Source of the DNA: Nitrospirota bacterium
GTDB taxonomy: Bacteria; Nitrospirota; Nitrospiria; 2-01-FULL-66-17
Assembly: GCA_049325335.1 (NCBI GenBank)
Contig: JBMOMC010000043.1
Location: forward strand, 80,262 to 144,261
Direction of reading: 5' to 3'
DNA: 64,000 nucleotides
The translations under genes were made by a program, and so were the position numbers. Below the pieces are notes generated by a model that was given only the letters and a program-made list of their open reading frames with translations, was not told the DNA's origin and made no database searches. Shown piece by piece: positions 47,553 to 57,353 of the stretch (position 1 is its first letter; each line of letters begins with the position of its first letter).

Positions 47553-48512
47553 ATGCCCACCGTTCTTGTCACCGGAAACGCGGGGTTCATCGGATCGCAC
47601 TTGACCGAACGCCTGTTGGCCTTGGGCCACGCGGTGGTCGGGTTCGATAATTTCGATCCGTTCTACGACCCCGCGATCAAACGCCGAAATCTCGCGACCG
47701 CGTCATCGCACCCCCGCTTCACGTTGATCGAGGGCGATCTGCGTCGTCGGGAAGACGTGGACGCGCTGTTTGTCGGGCGACGGATCGACCGCATCTTTCA
47801 CGGCGCCGCGCGCGCGGGCGTTCGCCCGTCGCTCAAGGACCCCCTGTTGTACGAAGACGTGAACGTGCGCGGCACGCTCCACCTCTTGGAAGCCGCCACG
47901 CGGCATCGCGTGGGGAATTTCGTGTTCGCGTCGTCCTCGTCGGTGTACGGCGAGCAAAAGAAGGTGCCGTTTTCCGAAACCGACCCGGTGGATCATCCGA
48001 TTTCGCCGTACGCGGCCACCAAGAAGGCGTGCGAGTTGATGTGTTTTACCTACCATCATCTGTACGGCCTGCCCATGACGTGCCTGCGCTTTTTCACGGT
48101 GTACGGCCCGCGCCAGCGACCGGAGATGGCCATTCACGCGTTCACCCGGGCGATCGCGCGCGGGGAGCCGCTGAAATTGTTCGGGGACGGCAGCGCGCGA
48201 CGGGATTTTACGTACATCGACGACATCATCGCGGGCGTGATTGCGGCGCTCGACCGGCCGCACCCCTACGAGGTCATCAACTTGGGCGAGTCGCAGACCG
48301 TCGCGGTACGGGACGTGATCGCGCGCTTGGAGCGATTACTCGGCACACCCGCGACCGTGCAGGCCTTGCCGCCGGAGCCCGGCGACGTGCCCGTGACGTA
48401 CGCGGACGTGTCCAAGGCCAAGACCCTGTTGGATTATGCGCCGTCAACCTCGATCGACGACGGCCTGACGCGTTTTGTCGCGTGGTATCGCGAGACCGCG
48501 ATCGGCATGTAA
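47553..48512 (+). CDS. NAD-dependent epimerase (UDP-glucuronate 4-epimerase-like)
   Basis: GNAGFIG, AARAGVR.S, ASSSSVYG, YAATK, RFFTVYGP.QRPEMA. Confidence 0.9.
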   Translation: MPTVLVTGNAGFIGSHLTERLLALGHAVVGFDNFDPFYDPAIKRRNLATASSHPRFTLIEGDLRRREDVDALFVGRRIDRIFHGAARAGVRPSLKDPLLYEDVNVRGTLHLLEAATRHRVGNFVFASSSSVYGEQKKVPFSETDPVDHPISPYAATKKACELMCFTYHHLYGLPMTCLRFFTVYGPRQRPEMAIHAFTRAIARGEPLKLFGDGSARRDFTYIDDIIAGVIAALDRPHPYEVINLGESQTVAVRDVIARLERLLGTPATVQALPPEPGDVPVTYADVSKAKTLLDYAPSTSIDDGLTRFVAWYRETAIGM

Positions 48513-48531
48513 CGTGTAGAATGGACCTGAT

Positions 48532-49461
48532 ATGCGAATCTTAGTGACGGGCGGGGCGGGGTTCATCGGATCGCACTTGGTGGATCGCTTGATCGAGGAA
48601 GGGCACGATGTCTCGATCGTGGACGATCTGTCCACCGGGAAGAAAAAGAACCTCAACCCCAAGGCGGAATTTTTTAAGCTCGACATCCTGAGTCCGAAAA
48701 TCGAACGCGTGTTCGGCAAACAGCGGCCGGAGGCGGTCTTTCATCTGGCCGCGCAGATGGATGTGCGCCGGTCGGTGAAAGACCCCATCTTTGACGGACA
48801 GGTCAATATCCTGGGCACTGTGAACCTGTTGGAGCAGGCGGTCAAGATCGGGACCAAACGCGTGATCTTTGCGTCCTCCGGCGGCGCGATTTACGGCGAA
48901 CAAGAACGATTTCCCGCGACCGAGGAGCACCCCACGCACCCGGTCAGTCCCTATGGGATCAGCAAGCTGGCGGCGGAGCACTACCTGTATTACTACGGCA
49001 AGACCTACGGCCTCCAGTGGGCCAGTATGCGATTCGCCAACGTGTACGGCCCGCGCCAGGACCCGTTCGGGGAAGCAGGGGTGGTTGCGATCTTCACGCT
49101 CAAGTTGCTGCAGAACGAACAACCCGTGATCAACGGCACCGGCAAACAGACGCGCGATTATGTGGCGGTGGACGACGTGGTGGAAGCCAACATGGCGGTG
49201 CTCAACAGCGGGGTGAACGACACGTTCAACGTGGGCACCGGCCAGGAGACCTCGGTGAATCAACTGTTCCACCTGCTGGCGGAGGCGGTCGGGTCTCCGA
49301 CCAAAGAGCGGTTCGGGCCCGAACGCCGGGGCGAACAACTGCGTAGTTGCCTGGACGCGGGCAAGCTGTCCCGGGCCGTGGATTGGGAGCCGCGGTTGAG
49401 TCTGGCCGCGGGCCTGAAAAAAACCGTGGAGTACTTCCGCGAATCGGTGAAGGACCGATGA
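48532..49461 (+). CDS. NAD-dependent epimerase (UDP-glucose 4-epimerase-like)
   Basis: GGAGFIG, HLAAQMDVRRS, SSGGAIYG, YGISK, NVYGPRQ. Confidence 0.9.
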   Translation: MRILVTGGAGFIGSHLVDRLIEEGHDVSIVDDLSTGKKKNLNPKAEFFKLDILSPKIERVFGKQRPEAVFHLAAQMDVRRSVKDPIFDGQVNILGTVNLLEQAVKIGTKRVIFASSGGAIYGEQERFPATEEHPTHPVSPYGISKLAAEHYLYYYGKTYGLQWASMRFANVYGPRQDPFGEAGVVAIFTLKLLQNEQPVINGTGKQTRDYVAVDDVVEANMAVLNSGVNDTFNVGTGQETSVNQLFHLLAEAVGSPTKERFGPERRGEQLRSCLDAGKLSRAVDWEPRLSLAAGLKKTVEYFRESVKDR

Positions 49462-51455
49462 CCGGTCGATCCGCACGGCGGTCGTGGACCAGGGGCGCGG
49501 CGTGGCTCGTCGTGTTCGTCCTCGCGGTCGGGTGCACGCCCCGGTCCGTGCGCGTGGCGGACCAATTCGCGCGCGAGGGAAACTGGGACGGCGCGATCTT
49601 GATCTATCAGGAAGCCGTGGCCAAGCGGCCGGACGACGCGGCGCTGCAGGACAAATTCAATCGCGCCAAAGAGCAGGCCGCCAAACGCCATCACGAGCGC
49701 GGCGAGGCGTTATTGGAACAACAGGCCTGGCCCCAGGCGGTGGAAGCCCTCAAACAGGCCGTGGCGTTGGCGCCCAACACCGAGGCATATCGGGTCACAC
49801 TCAGTCGCGGCGTCAAACTCAAGGACGCGGAAGACCGGTACCAAGCCGGCCTGCAACTGCTCAAAACCGAAAAATATCAAGACGCGACTCGCGAGTTTGA
49901 ACGCGCGGTGGAGTTATCGCCGAGCCACGCGGGCGCGGCCAAGGCGATCGCGGACACGCGGGCGCGGAAAAAACTGTTGGATGCGTCGGATGAATTGACC
50001 CTCACGTCCACCCAACCCATTACGCTGCGTTTTCAGAACGCGAAGCTCAAAGAGGTGTTCGATCTGCTGTCGAAAACCTCCGGGGTGAACTTTCTGTTTG
50101 ATCGCGACATCCGCGACGACCCCATCACGATTTTCGTGAAAAACACCACATTTCGCGACGCGCTCAATCTGGTGCTCACCACCAACAACCTCTTCATGAA
50201 ACGCGTGGCCGCGGACACCATCCTGATTCTGCCCAAGACCAAGCAGAAAATCGACCAGTACCAAGACCTCATGATCCGCACATTTTACCTGTCCAGCGCG
50301 AAAGCCAAAGACATGGTGAATTTGTTGCGGACCATGCTCGAGACGCGCCGCATGTTCGTCAACGAAGACCTCAACACGATCGTGATGCGCGATACGCCGG
50401 ACAAGATCCGGCTCGCCGAGAAAATCATCGAAGCCAATGATCGGCAAGGCGCGGAGGTGATGTTCGAGGTCGAGGTGTTGGAGATTTCTCGCAACCATAC
50501 CATCAAGTACGGGTGGAATTTTTTCCGCGGCGATCAAGCCGGCGCGTCGGCCAACCTGAGCCTCAAGACCAATCCGCTCACGTTGGACGCGCTCCAAGAA
50601 ATCGGGCGGGGGGAGGTGTTGATCACCTTGCCCAGCGTCCTGGTCAACTTCATCAAGCTGGATTCCAACGCCAAGACCCTGGCCAATCCCAAAGTTCGCG
50701 TGCTCGACAACAAGTCCGCCAAGATCAATATCGGCGATAAGGTGCCGATTCAACTGTCCACCACTACGTCGGCGCCAGCCACCGCCACGTCAACCGGCGT
50801 GCCCACGACCACCCAGACCACCGAGTTCAAGGACGTGGGGATTAAATTGGAGATCAAGCCGAGTATTCGACTGAACAACGACGTGACCATGGATTTAAAG
50901 CTCGACGTGACGTCCATCGGGGACTTGGATCCGCAGGCCAAACAGTTTCGATTCGGCACCCGCACCACCGACACCACCATCAACGTCCGGGACGGGGAAA
51001 CCGTGGTGCTCGGCGGCATGATTCGCGACGAAGACAGAAAATCCATGAACAAGGTGCCGATCCTGGGGGACCTGCCGATCTTGGGGAAGTTGTTTTCCTC
51101 GACCGACACGCAAAAGGTCAAGACCGACGTGGTGCTGACCATCACGCCCCATGTGATTCGCGGATTGTCTGCGCCGGATGGCGGCGTGCAGTCGTTCTGG
51201 TCCGGCACGGAAGAAGGCTTCGCGACCCAGCCGCTGTTTACCCCGTCCGAAGCCGTGAGCCAACCCAGCAACGGCGGCCCGGGTGAAACCGTGCCCATGG
51301 GCGGAACCCTGACGGCGCCGTCATCGGGCGGCGCCTCCAGTCCGACGACGCCGGGCCGGTCGACCGTGGCCCCGCCCCCGCCCTCTCGCCAGGGCACTCC
51401 GCCGGTGGTGTTTCCGGTCAGGCCCGACATTCCGGCGCCCTCGACCGCGCAGTAG
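49458..51455 (+). CDS. TPR-containing lipoprotein secretin (type II secretion GspD-like)
   Basis: Lipobox AVG-C; TPRs; LANPKVR, GDKVP, DVGIKL.I.P, DGETVVLGG, KVPILGDLP.LG.LF, ITPHVI. Confidence 0.92.
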   Translation: MTGRSARRSWTRGAAWLVVFVLAVGCTPRSVRVADQFAREGNWDGAILIYQEAVAKRPDDAALQDKFNRAKEQAAKRHHERGEALLEQQAWPQAVEALKQAVALAPNTEAYRVTLSRGVKLKDAEDRYQAGLQLLKTEKYQDATREFERAVELSPSHAGAAKAIADTRARKKLLDASDELTLTSTQPITLRFQNAKLKEVFDLLSKTSGVNFLFDRDIRDDPITIFVKNTTFRDALNLVLTTNNLFMKRVAADTILILPKTKQKIDQYQDLMIRTFYLSSAKAKDMVNLLRTMLETRRMFVNEDLNTIVMRDTPDKIRLAEKIIEANDRQGAEVMFEVEVLEISRNHTIKYGWNFFRGDQAGASANLSLKTNPLTLDALQEIGRGEVLITLPSVLVNFIKLDSNAKTLANPKVRVLDNKSAKINIGDKVPIQLSTTTSAPATATSTGVPTTTQTTEFKDVGIKLEIKPSIRLNNDVTMDLKLDVTSIGDLDPQAKQFRFGTRTTDTTINVRDGETVVLGGMIRDEDRKSMNKVPILGDLPILGKLFSSTDTQKVKTDVVLTITPHVIRGLSAPDGGVQSFWSGTEEGFATQPLFTPSEAVSQPSNGGPGETVPMGGTLTAPSSGGASSPTTPGRSTVAPPPPSRQGTPPVVFPVRPDIPAPSTAQ

Positions 51456-51474
51456 CCCGGGCTGTCGTACGGCG

Positions 51475-51993
51475 ATGACGGGCAGCCGCGACGAATCAGG
51501 CGTCACCTTCCTTGAACTGCTCGCCACCATGGCGATTATCATGGTTTTAGTCTCCGTGGCCATGCCGCTGTCAAAAATCACGGCCAAACGCGCCAAGGAA
51601 ATCGAACTCCGCCAGGCGCTGCGTGAGATACGCACCGCGCTCGACCAGTTCAATTACGATTGGAACCGCGACGGCGACCGACTGATCGGCCCCTTGTGCC
51701 AAACCAATCAGTTAAGTTGCCGCGAGGTGTCCAGCGTCAACGGGTATCCGAAGACCCTCGAAACCTTGTTGCGGGTGGATCTGTCCGGGGAGGCCGCGAC
51801 GATCCGGGGCACGACCGTGAAGCGGTATTTGAGAAAAGTTCCCACCGACCCCATGACGGGTAAGGCGGAATGGACCGCGCGCTGTTATACCGACGACCCT
51901 GATGAGACCAGTTGGTGCGGGGACGACGTGTTTGACGTGCATTCGGAGAGCGAGGGCACGGGACTCGACGGCACGCCCTACCTGGAGTGGTGA
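51475..51993 (+). CDS. Type II secretion pseudopilin (GspG-like)
   Basis: Prepilin site G|VTFLE; KE.ELR..L.EIR.ALD, YP..LE.L, YLR..P.DPMTG. Confidence 0.88.
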   Translation: MTGSRDESGVTFLELLATMAIIMVLVSVAMPLSKITAKRAKEIELRQALREIRTALDQFNYDWNRDGDRLIGPLCQTNQLSCREVSSVNGYPKTLETLLRVDLSGEAATIRGTTVKRYLRKVPTDPMTGKAEWTARCYTDDPDETSWCGDDVFDVHSESEGTGLDGTPYLEW

Positions 51994-52040
51994 CGGCGGG
52001 ACGGGTTGACATGATCGGGGTCCATTTTCTACGCTCAGGT

Positions 52041-52427
52041 ATGATGAACGGTCGCTTGACCAGGTTTAGCGCGGGTGCGGTGGCGCTGTGCGTCGCGATC
52101 GGTCTTGGCGCGCTCGCTCCCCCAGAGGTCCGCGCCGAGTACGGCGACATTGTGATGAACCGCGAAGCGGAAAAGGCCGAGATGCCGCCCGTCATCTTCC
52201 CGCACTGGTTTCACCGGATTCGGTTCAAGTGCAAGGTGTGCCACGAAGACATCTTCCTGATGAAAGCGGGCGCCAATGAAGTGACCATGATCAAAATTAT
52301 CAAGGGCGAATATTGCGGCAAGTGCCACAACGGCCGCATCGCCTGGGCCCCGCTGTATTGCGACCGCTGCCACTCCGGCAAGAGCCAGTACAGTATTACG
52401 CCGTCCGAAGGCGGGTCCTCGCCGTAA
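52041..52427 (+). CDS. c7-type triheme cytochrome c
   Basis: Signal peptide; FPHWFH, CKVCH, CGKCH, CDRCH. Confidence 0.9.
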   Translation: MMNGRLTRFSAGAVALCVAIGLGALAPPEVRAEYGDIVMNREAEKAEMPPVIFPHWFHRIRFKCKVCHEDIFLMKAGANEVTMIKIIKGEYCGKCHNGRIAWAPLYCDRCHSGKSQYSITPSEGGSSP

Positions 52428-52431
52428 CCCC

Positions 52432-53109
52432 GTGCGCCTTCGGCACGGAATCGAGCGGTGGGTCGTCGGCCTCCCGCTCCTGGTTGCGGTCGGGACCGTG
52501 TTGCCCGGCGGGACGAAGGCCCAACCGCCGGCTCCTCCCCCGGTCGGCGCCCCGCAATCATCCGCCGACACCGACCAGGAACGTCTGCAGCGGATCAAGG
52601 AAAAATTGAAGTCCGTTGATCCGTCGATGGTCATTTATCTGGACAGTCGGGGCAACATCGCGGGAACCGGCGATCCCGGGGGAGTGGTGGGGCGCGCCGA
52701 GATTGTGGGCAAGGGGGCGCATCCGCCGGCGTTGGAGCTTGCCGGGTTCCCCAAGGACCGCTACGATTTGGTGGATTGGGCCGCTTCCGTGTTGCAAGGC
52801 AAGATCAAACCGCGCGACGCCGTAGACCCGAGCGTTCCCGAGGTCCCGCCGTTCGATCTGGACGTGGTCATCATCACCAAGAGCAAGTTCCAACCCGACG
52901 TGTTGTTCTCGCACAAGGTCCACACGTTGTGGTTGGCGTGCGAGAATTGCCATGAGAAAATTTTCAAGAAAAAAGCGGGGGGGAATCCCGAAATGCACAT
53001 GACCAAAATCGCGGCGGGTCAATACTGCGGGCGTTGCCACGACCGCGTCGCGTTTCCCTTGACCGATTGTTTGCGGTGTCACGTCTTGGACAAGGACCGA
53101 CCGAAATGA
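52432..53109 (+). CDS. c7-type triheme cytochrome c with N-terminal extension
   Basis: FSHKVH, CENCH, CGRCH, CLRCH; P.D…VDW motif. Confidence 0.9.
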   Translation: MRLRHGIERWVVGLPLLVAVGTVLPGGTKAQPPAPPPVGAPQSSADTDQERLQRIKEKLKSVDPSMVIYLDSRGNIAGTGDPGGVVGRAEIVGKGAHPPALELAGFPKDRYDLVDWAASVLQGKIKPRDAVDPSVPEVPPFDLDVVIITKSKFQPDVLFSHKVHTLWLACENCHEKIFKKKAGGNPEMHMTKIAAGQYCGRCHDRVAFPLTDCLRCHVLDKDRPK

Positions 53110-53474
53110 GGCGACTGCGGCGCGCGACGGTCGGACTGGGTCTGGTCATCACCGCGTGGCTGCCGGTCGCGGTCTCGAGCGGTCAGGAAGCCCGAACCGT
53201 GGACGTGATTATTGCCAAGGACAGTTACGCGTTCGACCCCGCGCGCGTTGCGATCGAGGTCGGCGACACCGTCCGGTGGCGCAACGAAGACACCCGCCGG
53301 CACCTGACATCGAGTATCCCGGGGTTCGGACCGGATACGAACCTGGAAATTTTCTGCGAAGACTTGTATGCGGGCAAGACCTGCAGCCACACCTTCGAGA
53401 AGCCGGGTCGGTATCCCTACTTTTGCTTCGTGCACAACCGAATGCAGGGCGAGGTCGTTGTCGTTGATCGGTAA
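53106..53474 (+). CDS. Cupredoxin (plastocyanin/azurin-like)
   Basis: F.P…I.VGDTV.W.N.D…H; PG.Y.YFCFVHNRM.G.V.V type-1 Cu ligands. Confidence 0.9.
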   Translation: MRRLRRATVGLGLVITAWLPVAVSSGQEARTVDVIIAKDSYAFDPARVAIEVGDTVRWRNEDTRRHLTSSIPGFGPDTNLEIFCEDLYAGKTCSHTFEKPGRYPYFCFVHNRMQGEVVVVDR

Positions 53475-54144
53475 GGGTGGCGCCGGTCGGCGCGCGCGAT
53501 TGCTCCTGATCGTCATCGCACTGGGCGTCACGGTTCTCGGCTGTCGGAGCGCGCCGCAGTCTCCCAAAACGCCGTTGGAGTCCGCGCTTGAATCCGTCAC
53601 CGCGCCGGCCGAGGGCGAAACGCCCGTGCTGCCGCCCGGCGTGACGTTGGGCGAGGAGCCGGTGGAAGGGTTGTCGCCGACCGCGGTGGGGGTGCCGTCT
53701 CAGGATCCGGTCGAAGCCGCGGAGGGATCGGGGATCGAGCCGCATCCGCTGGCGTTCGCCTTCCTTCCGAAAACCGAACAGGGATACGTGGATTGGGTCG
53801 GCGCGGTTGAGTTGGGCGTGATCCGTCCCATAGACTCCCTCGATCCCCTGCGCATGGTGTTGGAGCCGATGAACTTCGACGTCGTGTTCCCGGTGAAGGG
53901 CGACCTGCCCGACGTGGTCTATCCCCATTACGGACACACGTTGTGGTTGGATTGCAAAAACTGCCACCCCGGTATTTTCGTCATGCGCGCGGGCGCCAAT
54001 CGCGTGACCATGGCGGCCATCGCCAAAGGGGAGTTTTGCGGCCGCTGCCACGGCAAAGTGGCGTTTTCGTTGGCCGACTGTAACCGCTGCCATTCCCGTC
54101 CCAAGCCGGGCGGACCGTTTATCATCCCACGCGCCGACGGATAG
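53464..54144 (+). CDS. c7-type triheme cytochrome c lipoprotein
   Basis: Lipobox VLG-C; YPHYGH, CKNCH, CGRCH, CNRCH; TTG start inferred. Confidence 0.88.
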   Translation: MIGKGGAGRRARLLLIVIALGVTVLGCRSAPQSPKTPLESALESVTAPAEGETPVLPPGVTLGEEPVEGLSPTAVGVPSQDPVEAAEGSGIEPHPLAFAFLPKTEQGYVDWVGAVELGVIRPIDSLDPLRMVLEPMNFDVVFPVKGDLPDVVYPHYGHTLWLDCKNCHPGIFVMRAGANRVTMAAIAKGEFCGRCHGKVAFSLADCNRCHSRPKPGGPFIIPRADG

Positions 54145-54152
54145 GGCGCGTC

Positions 54153-56159
54153 ATGGCGCGGTGGCCCAGGTGGGTCCCGGTTCTTATCGGGTCGCTCGCG
54201 ATCCTCGTGTACGTCGAAAGCCTCTCCGGCCCGTTTCAGTACGACGATTGGTTGACCGTGGCTGCCAAACCGGCGTCAGGCGCTCCGGCGCAACACGCGG
54301 CGGATTCGGCCGACGGGTTTCGGCCCGTAACCGCGGCCTCGCACGCGATCGACCGCGCGTGGACCGCGCTGGCGCCGAATTTAGCCGAATACGGACCAGC
54401 GGCCGGGCATCACCTCACCGCCGTCGCGCTGCACGCGCTCGCCGCGGTGCTGGTGTGGTGGATGGCGCGGTTGTGGTGGGCCGACGACCTGGCGGCCGCG
54501 GCCGCCGGCGTAGTGTTCGCGGTGCATCCGTTCAACGCCGAGGCGGTCAACTACATCAGCGCGCGCTCGTCCGTCCTGTCCGCCTGCGCGGAGCTCCTTG
54601 CGCTCGGCGCGTACACCGCGTGGCGCCGAAGAGGAGGCCGATGGTGGCACGCTGCGTCGCTGGTCGGCGCGGCCCTTGCGTTGGGCGCGAAGGAATCCGC
54701 GCTCACGATACCCGTCTTGTTGTGGCTGATCGACGCGACCGTCATCTCCCCTCGGGATTCGTGGCGAGACCGTGCGGGCCGGCTGTGGCCGTGGGGCGCC
54801 TTGGTCGCGGTGTACGCGGTCGCGCGATGGTTCGCGGTCTCGGACGTGAGCGGCGGAGCCGACTATTCGGCTGGGGATCGTGTGGCGGCGCTGGCTACGG
54901 GTGTGTGGATCATCGGGCTCGCGGCCCGGGATTTCTGGTGGCCGATGTGGCTGAGCGTTGAACACGGGGTTGAACCGCTGCACGGCGTGGCCGGCTGGGT
55001 GGTCCTGGCTGGCGCGGCCGCGGCGTGCGGGGTTCTCCTCATCGCGCGGCGCCGCGGTCGCGCCGGAGCCGATGGGGGGCAGTGGGCCGTCTTCAGCCTG
55101 GCGTGGTGGACCGCGGCTGCGTTCCCCGTGCTGGCGTTGCCGTTTATCACCCACGTCGCGCTCTATCTGGAGAACCGGTTTTATTTGGCCGCGGCGGGGT
55201 TTACCCTGTTCGCGGGCCGGGTCGCAGCCTCCGGATGGCGGGCGGTCGCGCTGCGCGCGGGCGTCCCGGTGTCCGCCGGCCTTGCCCTGGCTGTTGTCCT
55301 GGGGCTTGGCGCGCTCAGCCATGCCCGGACCACGGTGTGGCAATCCGAAATCGCGTTATGGCGCGACGCGACCGCCAAAGCGCCCCGAAGCGCCTTGGCC
55401 CATGCCATGCTCGGGGCCGCGTATCTGGATCAGAACCGGCCGGATCTGGCTGTCGAGCCGTTGGAGCGCGCCACGCGCCTTGATCCGCGGTATCCGCTGG
55501 CCGCGACGAATTTGGGAGCCGCCTACGTCGGGGTGGACCGCTGGGGCGACGCCATCGCGCAATTCCAAAGCGCGTTGGCGGTTGACCCCGACTATCACCA
55601 GGCCCGGCGCAATCTGGCGCTGGCGTACCAACAGGCGGGTCAATGGGCGGAGGCCATCGCGCAGTACGAAGCGCTCGCGCTCCGCGCGGGCGAAGACGAC
55701 GACGTCCGATTGCGGATCGGGGCGTTGGCCTTGCAAATGGGGGATCTCGACAGGGCAAGCTCGTCGTTGACCGCGGCGCTGGCGCGCGATCCGAATTTGT
55801 ACCCTGCGTGGTTCAACCTGGGGCTTGTGGAGGCTCGCAAGGGCCGGGTGTCGGAGGCGGAGCGCGCGTTTGAACGCGCCCGATCTCTCAATCCGAACGA
55901 CGCGGACGTGTACTACCAGCTCGGCGTGCTCGCAACGCACGCGGGTCGCGCGGACGAGGCTGCGCGGGCCTTCGAGGCCGCCCTCGCGCGGAACCGTCGG
56001 CACTTCCTTGCGTATTTTGATCTGGCCCGTCTTGAAGACGCGCGCGGTCGCCGCGACGCGGCGACGGAGCACTACCGACGGTTTTTGGAGACGGCCCCGA
56101 CCGTCCCGGCTTGGGCTTCCGCGCGCGCGGAGGCCCAAGCGCGGGTCAATTCAGAGTAG
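54153..56159 (+). CDS. TMTC-like GT-C membrane glycosyltransferase with TPR repeats
   Basis: FQYDD, FRPVT, FAVHP..AEAV.YIS.R, KE, ENRFY, W.SE..LW, then TPRs. Confidence 0.82.
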   Translation: MARWPRWVPVLIGSLAILVYVESLSGPFQYDDWLTVAAKPASGAPAQHAADSADGFRPVTAASHAIDRAWTALAPNLAEYGPAAGHHLTAVALHALAAVLVWWMARLWWADDLAAAAAGVVFAVHPFNAEAVNYISARSSVLSACAELLALGAYTAWRRRGGRWWHAASLVGAALALGAKESALTIPVLLWLIDATVISPRDSWRDRAGRLWPWGALVAVYAVARWFAVSDVSGGADYSAGDRVAALATGVWIIGLAARDFWWPMWLSVEHGVEPLHGVAGWVVLAGAAAACGVLLIARRRGRAGADGGQWAVFSLAWWTAAAFPVLALPFITHVALYLENRFYLAAAGFTLFAGRVAASGWRAVALRAGVPVSAGLALAVVLGLGALSHARTTVWQSEIALWRDATAKAPRSALAHAMLGAAYLDQNRPDLAVEPLERATRLDPRYPLAATNLGAAYVGVDRWGDAIAQFQSALAVDPDYHQARRNLALAYQQAGQWAEAIAQYEALALRAGEDDDVRLRIGALALQMGDLDRASSSLTAALARDPNLYPAWFNLGLVEARKGRVSEAERAFERARSLNPNDADVYYQLGVLATHAGRADEAARAFEAALARNRRHFLAYFDLARLEDARGRRDAATEHYRRFLETAPTVPAWASARAEAQARVNSE

Positions 56160-56358
56160 CAGGTTGCTGAAAAAGTCCATCCGCGGCGTTCTCACTCGTC
56201 GGAAACCGCACCGTGTCCCGTACGGGACACGGAACACGATCTGTGTCGAAGACACGACCATTCGGTTCGCCGCCCTCGGCAAATCCTCACGTACGACCCA
56301 GTACGCTCCGGTTTCCTCCTCGCTGCGGCCTTGCGGCTGGAGCTTTTTGAGCAACCTG
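56160..56358. mobile_element. MITE-like non-autonomous element, 199 bp
   Basis: Terminal inverted repeat CAGGTTGCTGAAAAAG / CTTTTTGAGCAACCTG (1 mismatch); internal 22-bp perfect palindrome at 56211-56232. Confidence 0.78.
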
Positions 56359-56366
56359 TGAGTTTT

Positions 56367-57353
56367 TCAGTAACCTGCCAGGGATCGATCACCCGCGGCG
56401 TGGTTCGCCCGGACCGTCGCGGCGTTGCGCGCTAATTGTTTGGGTGTGACGCGGCGCACCGCCGTGCCCTGGAAACGGTCGCGATGTCCGCCGTGTGATC
56501 GTGGGGCTTCGGCCTCATCGAGCGTCAGCCACGGGTCCAATCCGTTGCCTTGCGTGGCGTCGGCGTCCGCGGCGTGGTCTCGCGCGGCGGGTATCGCGGA
56601 CGCCTGATTGTATGGGCAGGCTTCCTGGCAGATATCGCAACCAAAGAGCCACTCACCGACCAATGGGCGCAGGGCGTCGGTCACCGCGCCCTTGTGCTCG
56701 ATCGTGAGATACGCGATGCAGCGGCCGGCGTCGAGTTGAAACGGTCCGGTTAAGGCGGTGGTGGGGCACGCGTCCAGACACCGCGTGCAGCTTCCGCACC
56801 CGCCGAGGGCCGGGGCGTCGGGCGGCAGCTCCAAGTCGGTGATCAGTTCTGCGAGCAGGACCCACGAACCGTGGTCGGGCGCGATAAGCAAGGTGTGTTT
56901 GCCGATAAACCCGATCCCGGCCGCCTGCGCGTAGGCGCGTTCCAACACCGGCGCGTGGTCCACCGCGCAGCGAATGGCGGCGTCCGGCCGCCGCGAGTGG
57001 ATAAAGGTTTTCAGGCGTTCCAGGCGCGGCTCGATCACCGCGTGGTAATCGGGTCCCCACGCGTACCGGGCGATTTTTCCCGACGGCGCGTCCGGCGGCG
57101 GGGGATGGTCGCCGTGATCGTACGCCCATGCGAGCGCGATCACGCTGTTGGCGCCGGGGAGCACCCGGCCCGGGTCCTCCCGGCGTTCGGGCTCTTGAGC
57201 CAGGTACGCCATGCCGGCGTGGCGGCCCTCCGCCAGGTACCGGCGAAACGCGCGTTGGTGGTCGGGGAGCGGCGCGGCGGAGGCGATGCCGACGCCGGAA
57301 AAGCCCAAGGCCAGGGCTTCACGTTTGATCGAGTCAGCGAGCGAGGTCGGCAT
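56367..57353 (-). CDS. queG: Epoxyqueuosine reductase
   Basis: IARYAWG.DYH, VLER.YA..AG.G.IGK, CGSCTRCLDACPT, RCIAYLTIE, FGCDICQEACPYN. Confidence 0.95.
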   Translation of the reverse strand: MPTSLADSIKREALALGFSGVGIASAAPLPDHQRAFRRYLAEGRHAGMAYLAQEPERREDPGRVLPGANSVIALAWAYDHGDHPPPPDAPSGKIARYAWGPDYHAVIEPRLERLKTFIHSRRPDAAIRCAVDHAPVLERAYAQAAGIGFIGKHTLLIAPDHGSWVLLAELITDLELPPDAPALGGCGSCTRCLDACPTTALTGPFQLDAGRCIAYLTIEHKGAVTDALRPLVGEWLFGCDICQEACPYNQASAIPAARDHAADADATQGNGLDPWLTLDEAEAPRSHGGHRDRFQGTAVRRVTPKQLARNAATVRANHAAGDRSLAGY

